Assembly: GCA_963823655.1 (NCBI GenBank)
Contig: CAWGMK010000012.1
Coordinates: 103,028-167,027 of the forward strand
Direction: 5' to 3'
DNA from: an uncultured Bacillota bacterium
GTDB taxonomy: Bacteria; Bacillota; DTU025; MWDF01
DNA length: 64,000 bases
Under the pieces are notes generated by a model. That model ran no database searches and was not told the origin of the DNA. It worked only from the letters and a program-made list of their open reading frames with translations. Below are positions 63,203-64,000 of the stretch, piece after piece (position 1 is the first letter of the stretch; every line of letters starts with the position of its first letter). Made by a program: the position numbers and the translations under genes.

Positions 63203-63998
63203 ATGGAAAAGTTTTTTAGACGATATCATGAAATAGAACTGATTTTGAACGATGTTCAAAAAGTTGCGGGCATGCTGTGGGAAAGAGGTTGGTCTGAAAA
63301 AAATGCAGGCAATATTTCCATCAAACTTCCTGACTCTATTATGGATGAAATCTTGTTTACAAATGCCAAAAAGTTTGATGTAGATACCCAGCTTTGAAAG
63401 GAAAGTGCTTTTATATAACAGGTACTGGTACACGCATGCAGGATGTCTCCATATCAGCCACATCAAATGGCTTGTTTATTCAAGTAAATGATTCAGGCAA
63501 TGCCTGTTATTTGATAAAAAAAGGCAGAGAAAATATACAGCCAAGTTCTGAATTTGCTTCACACATGGGCATTCACAACATGATTGCTGAAAGAGGAAGC
63601 AATGAAAAGGTCATTATGCATACACATGCTACTGAGATTATCGCATTGACACATTACAATAAAATAAATAGCACAGAAGATTTAAACCGTATTTTATGGG
63701 GTATCTGCACCCCGAGGCTATAGAGTTTATACCAAAAGGTGTTGGTTTTGTACCATATAATTTATCAGGAACACAAGAAATTGCCCAGCTTACTATCGAA
63801 AAATTCAAATTACATGATATTGTCGCATGGGAAAAGCATGGAATTTTAGCCATTGGAAATGAACTTATCGAAACCTTCGATTATATTGACATTGCTTGCA
63901 AACTGGCTAAAATTTGGTTTTAATGCAAATCAGCTGGATTTGAACCGGAAGGAATGACTGACGAGCAGATCATCGAAAAAAAACATAATTCACAATAA
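63203..63998 (+). CDS. rhaD: rhamnulose-1-phosphate aldolase (Bacteroidota-like, AT-rich); 3 frameshifts
   Basis: LWERGWSEKNAGNIS, TGTGTRM, PSSEFASH, MHTHATE, WEKHG, FDYID, AGFEPEGMTDEQI. Confidence 0.82.
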
Positions 63999-64000
63999 AA

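Overview
A 64-kb chromosomal window from a moderately GC-rich, probably anaerobic, peptide- and amino-acid-fermenting bacterium. Bacillota-like lineage is inferred from sigmaH-type promoters, a PerR box, a Gx/NusG-II gene and YhaO/YhaN. The sequence is indel-rich: roughly 30 genes are split by frameshifts, often near homopolymers, most likely long-read consensus errors. Content in order: ECF sigma/zf-HC2 anti-sigma pair; pilT; a divergon with pgsB-pgsC-pgsW poly-gamma-glutamate genes plus a Gx/NusG-II fusion on one arm and DUF6305/DctM-like/deacylase/C69-peptidase genes on the other; SPFH-RHH; perR-katA; a two-component plus Trk K+ module; ABC, MFS and GNAT genes; two more C69 peptidases; oadA-like, AOS-family, rhomboid, SbcCD-like, two MFS and QueG-like genes; hutH-hutU-hutI-cyclodeaminase; and a GntR/aldolase/Ldh_2/AOR/SDR/cupin/IolN-like/TRAP/Zn-ADH catabolic cluster that ends abruptly at an AT-rich, Bacteroidota-like rhaD segment (possible chimera). 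Top leads: (1) an IolN/creatininase-family hydrolase with a clean in-frame UGA and a SECIS-like hairpin, a candidate new selenoprotein; (2) an unannotated ~320-nt transcript with an ECF promoter, its own terminator and 14 GGA motifs, a CsrB/Rsm-like sRNA candidate; (3) HutI carrying five His/Cys repeats at its N-terminus; (4) the poly-gamma-glutamate synthesis/recycling divergon. No rRNA, tRNA, CRISPR or transposase was seen. All family assignments are from motif recognition and recall, not database searches.
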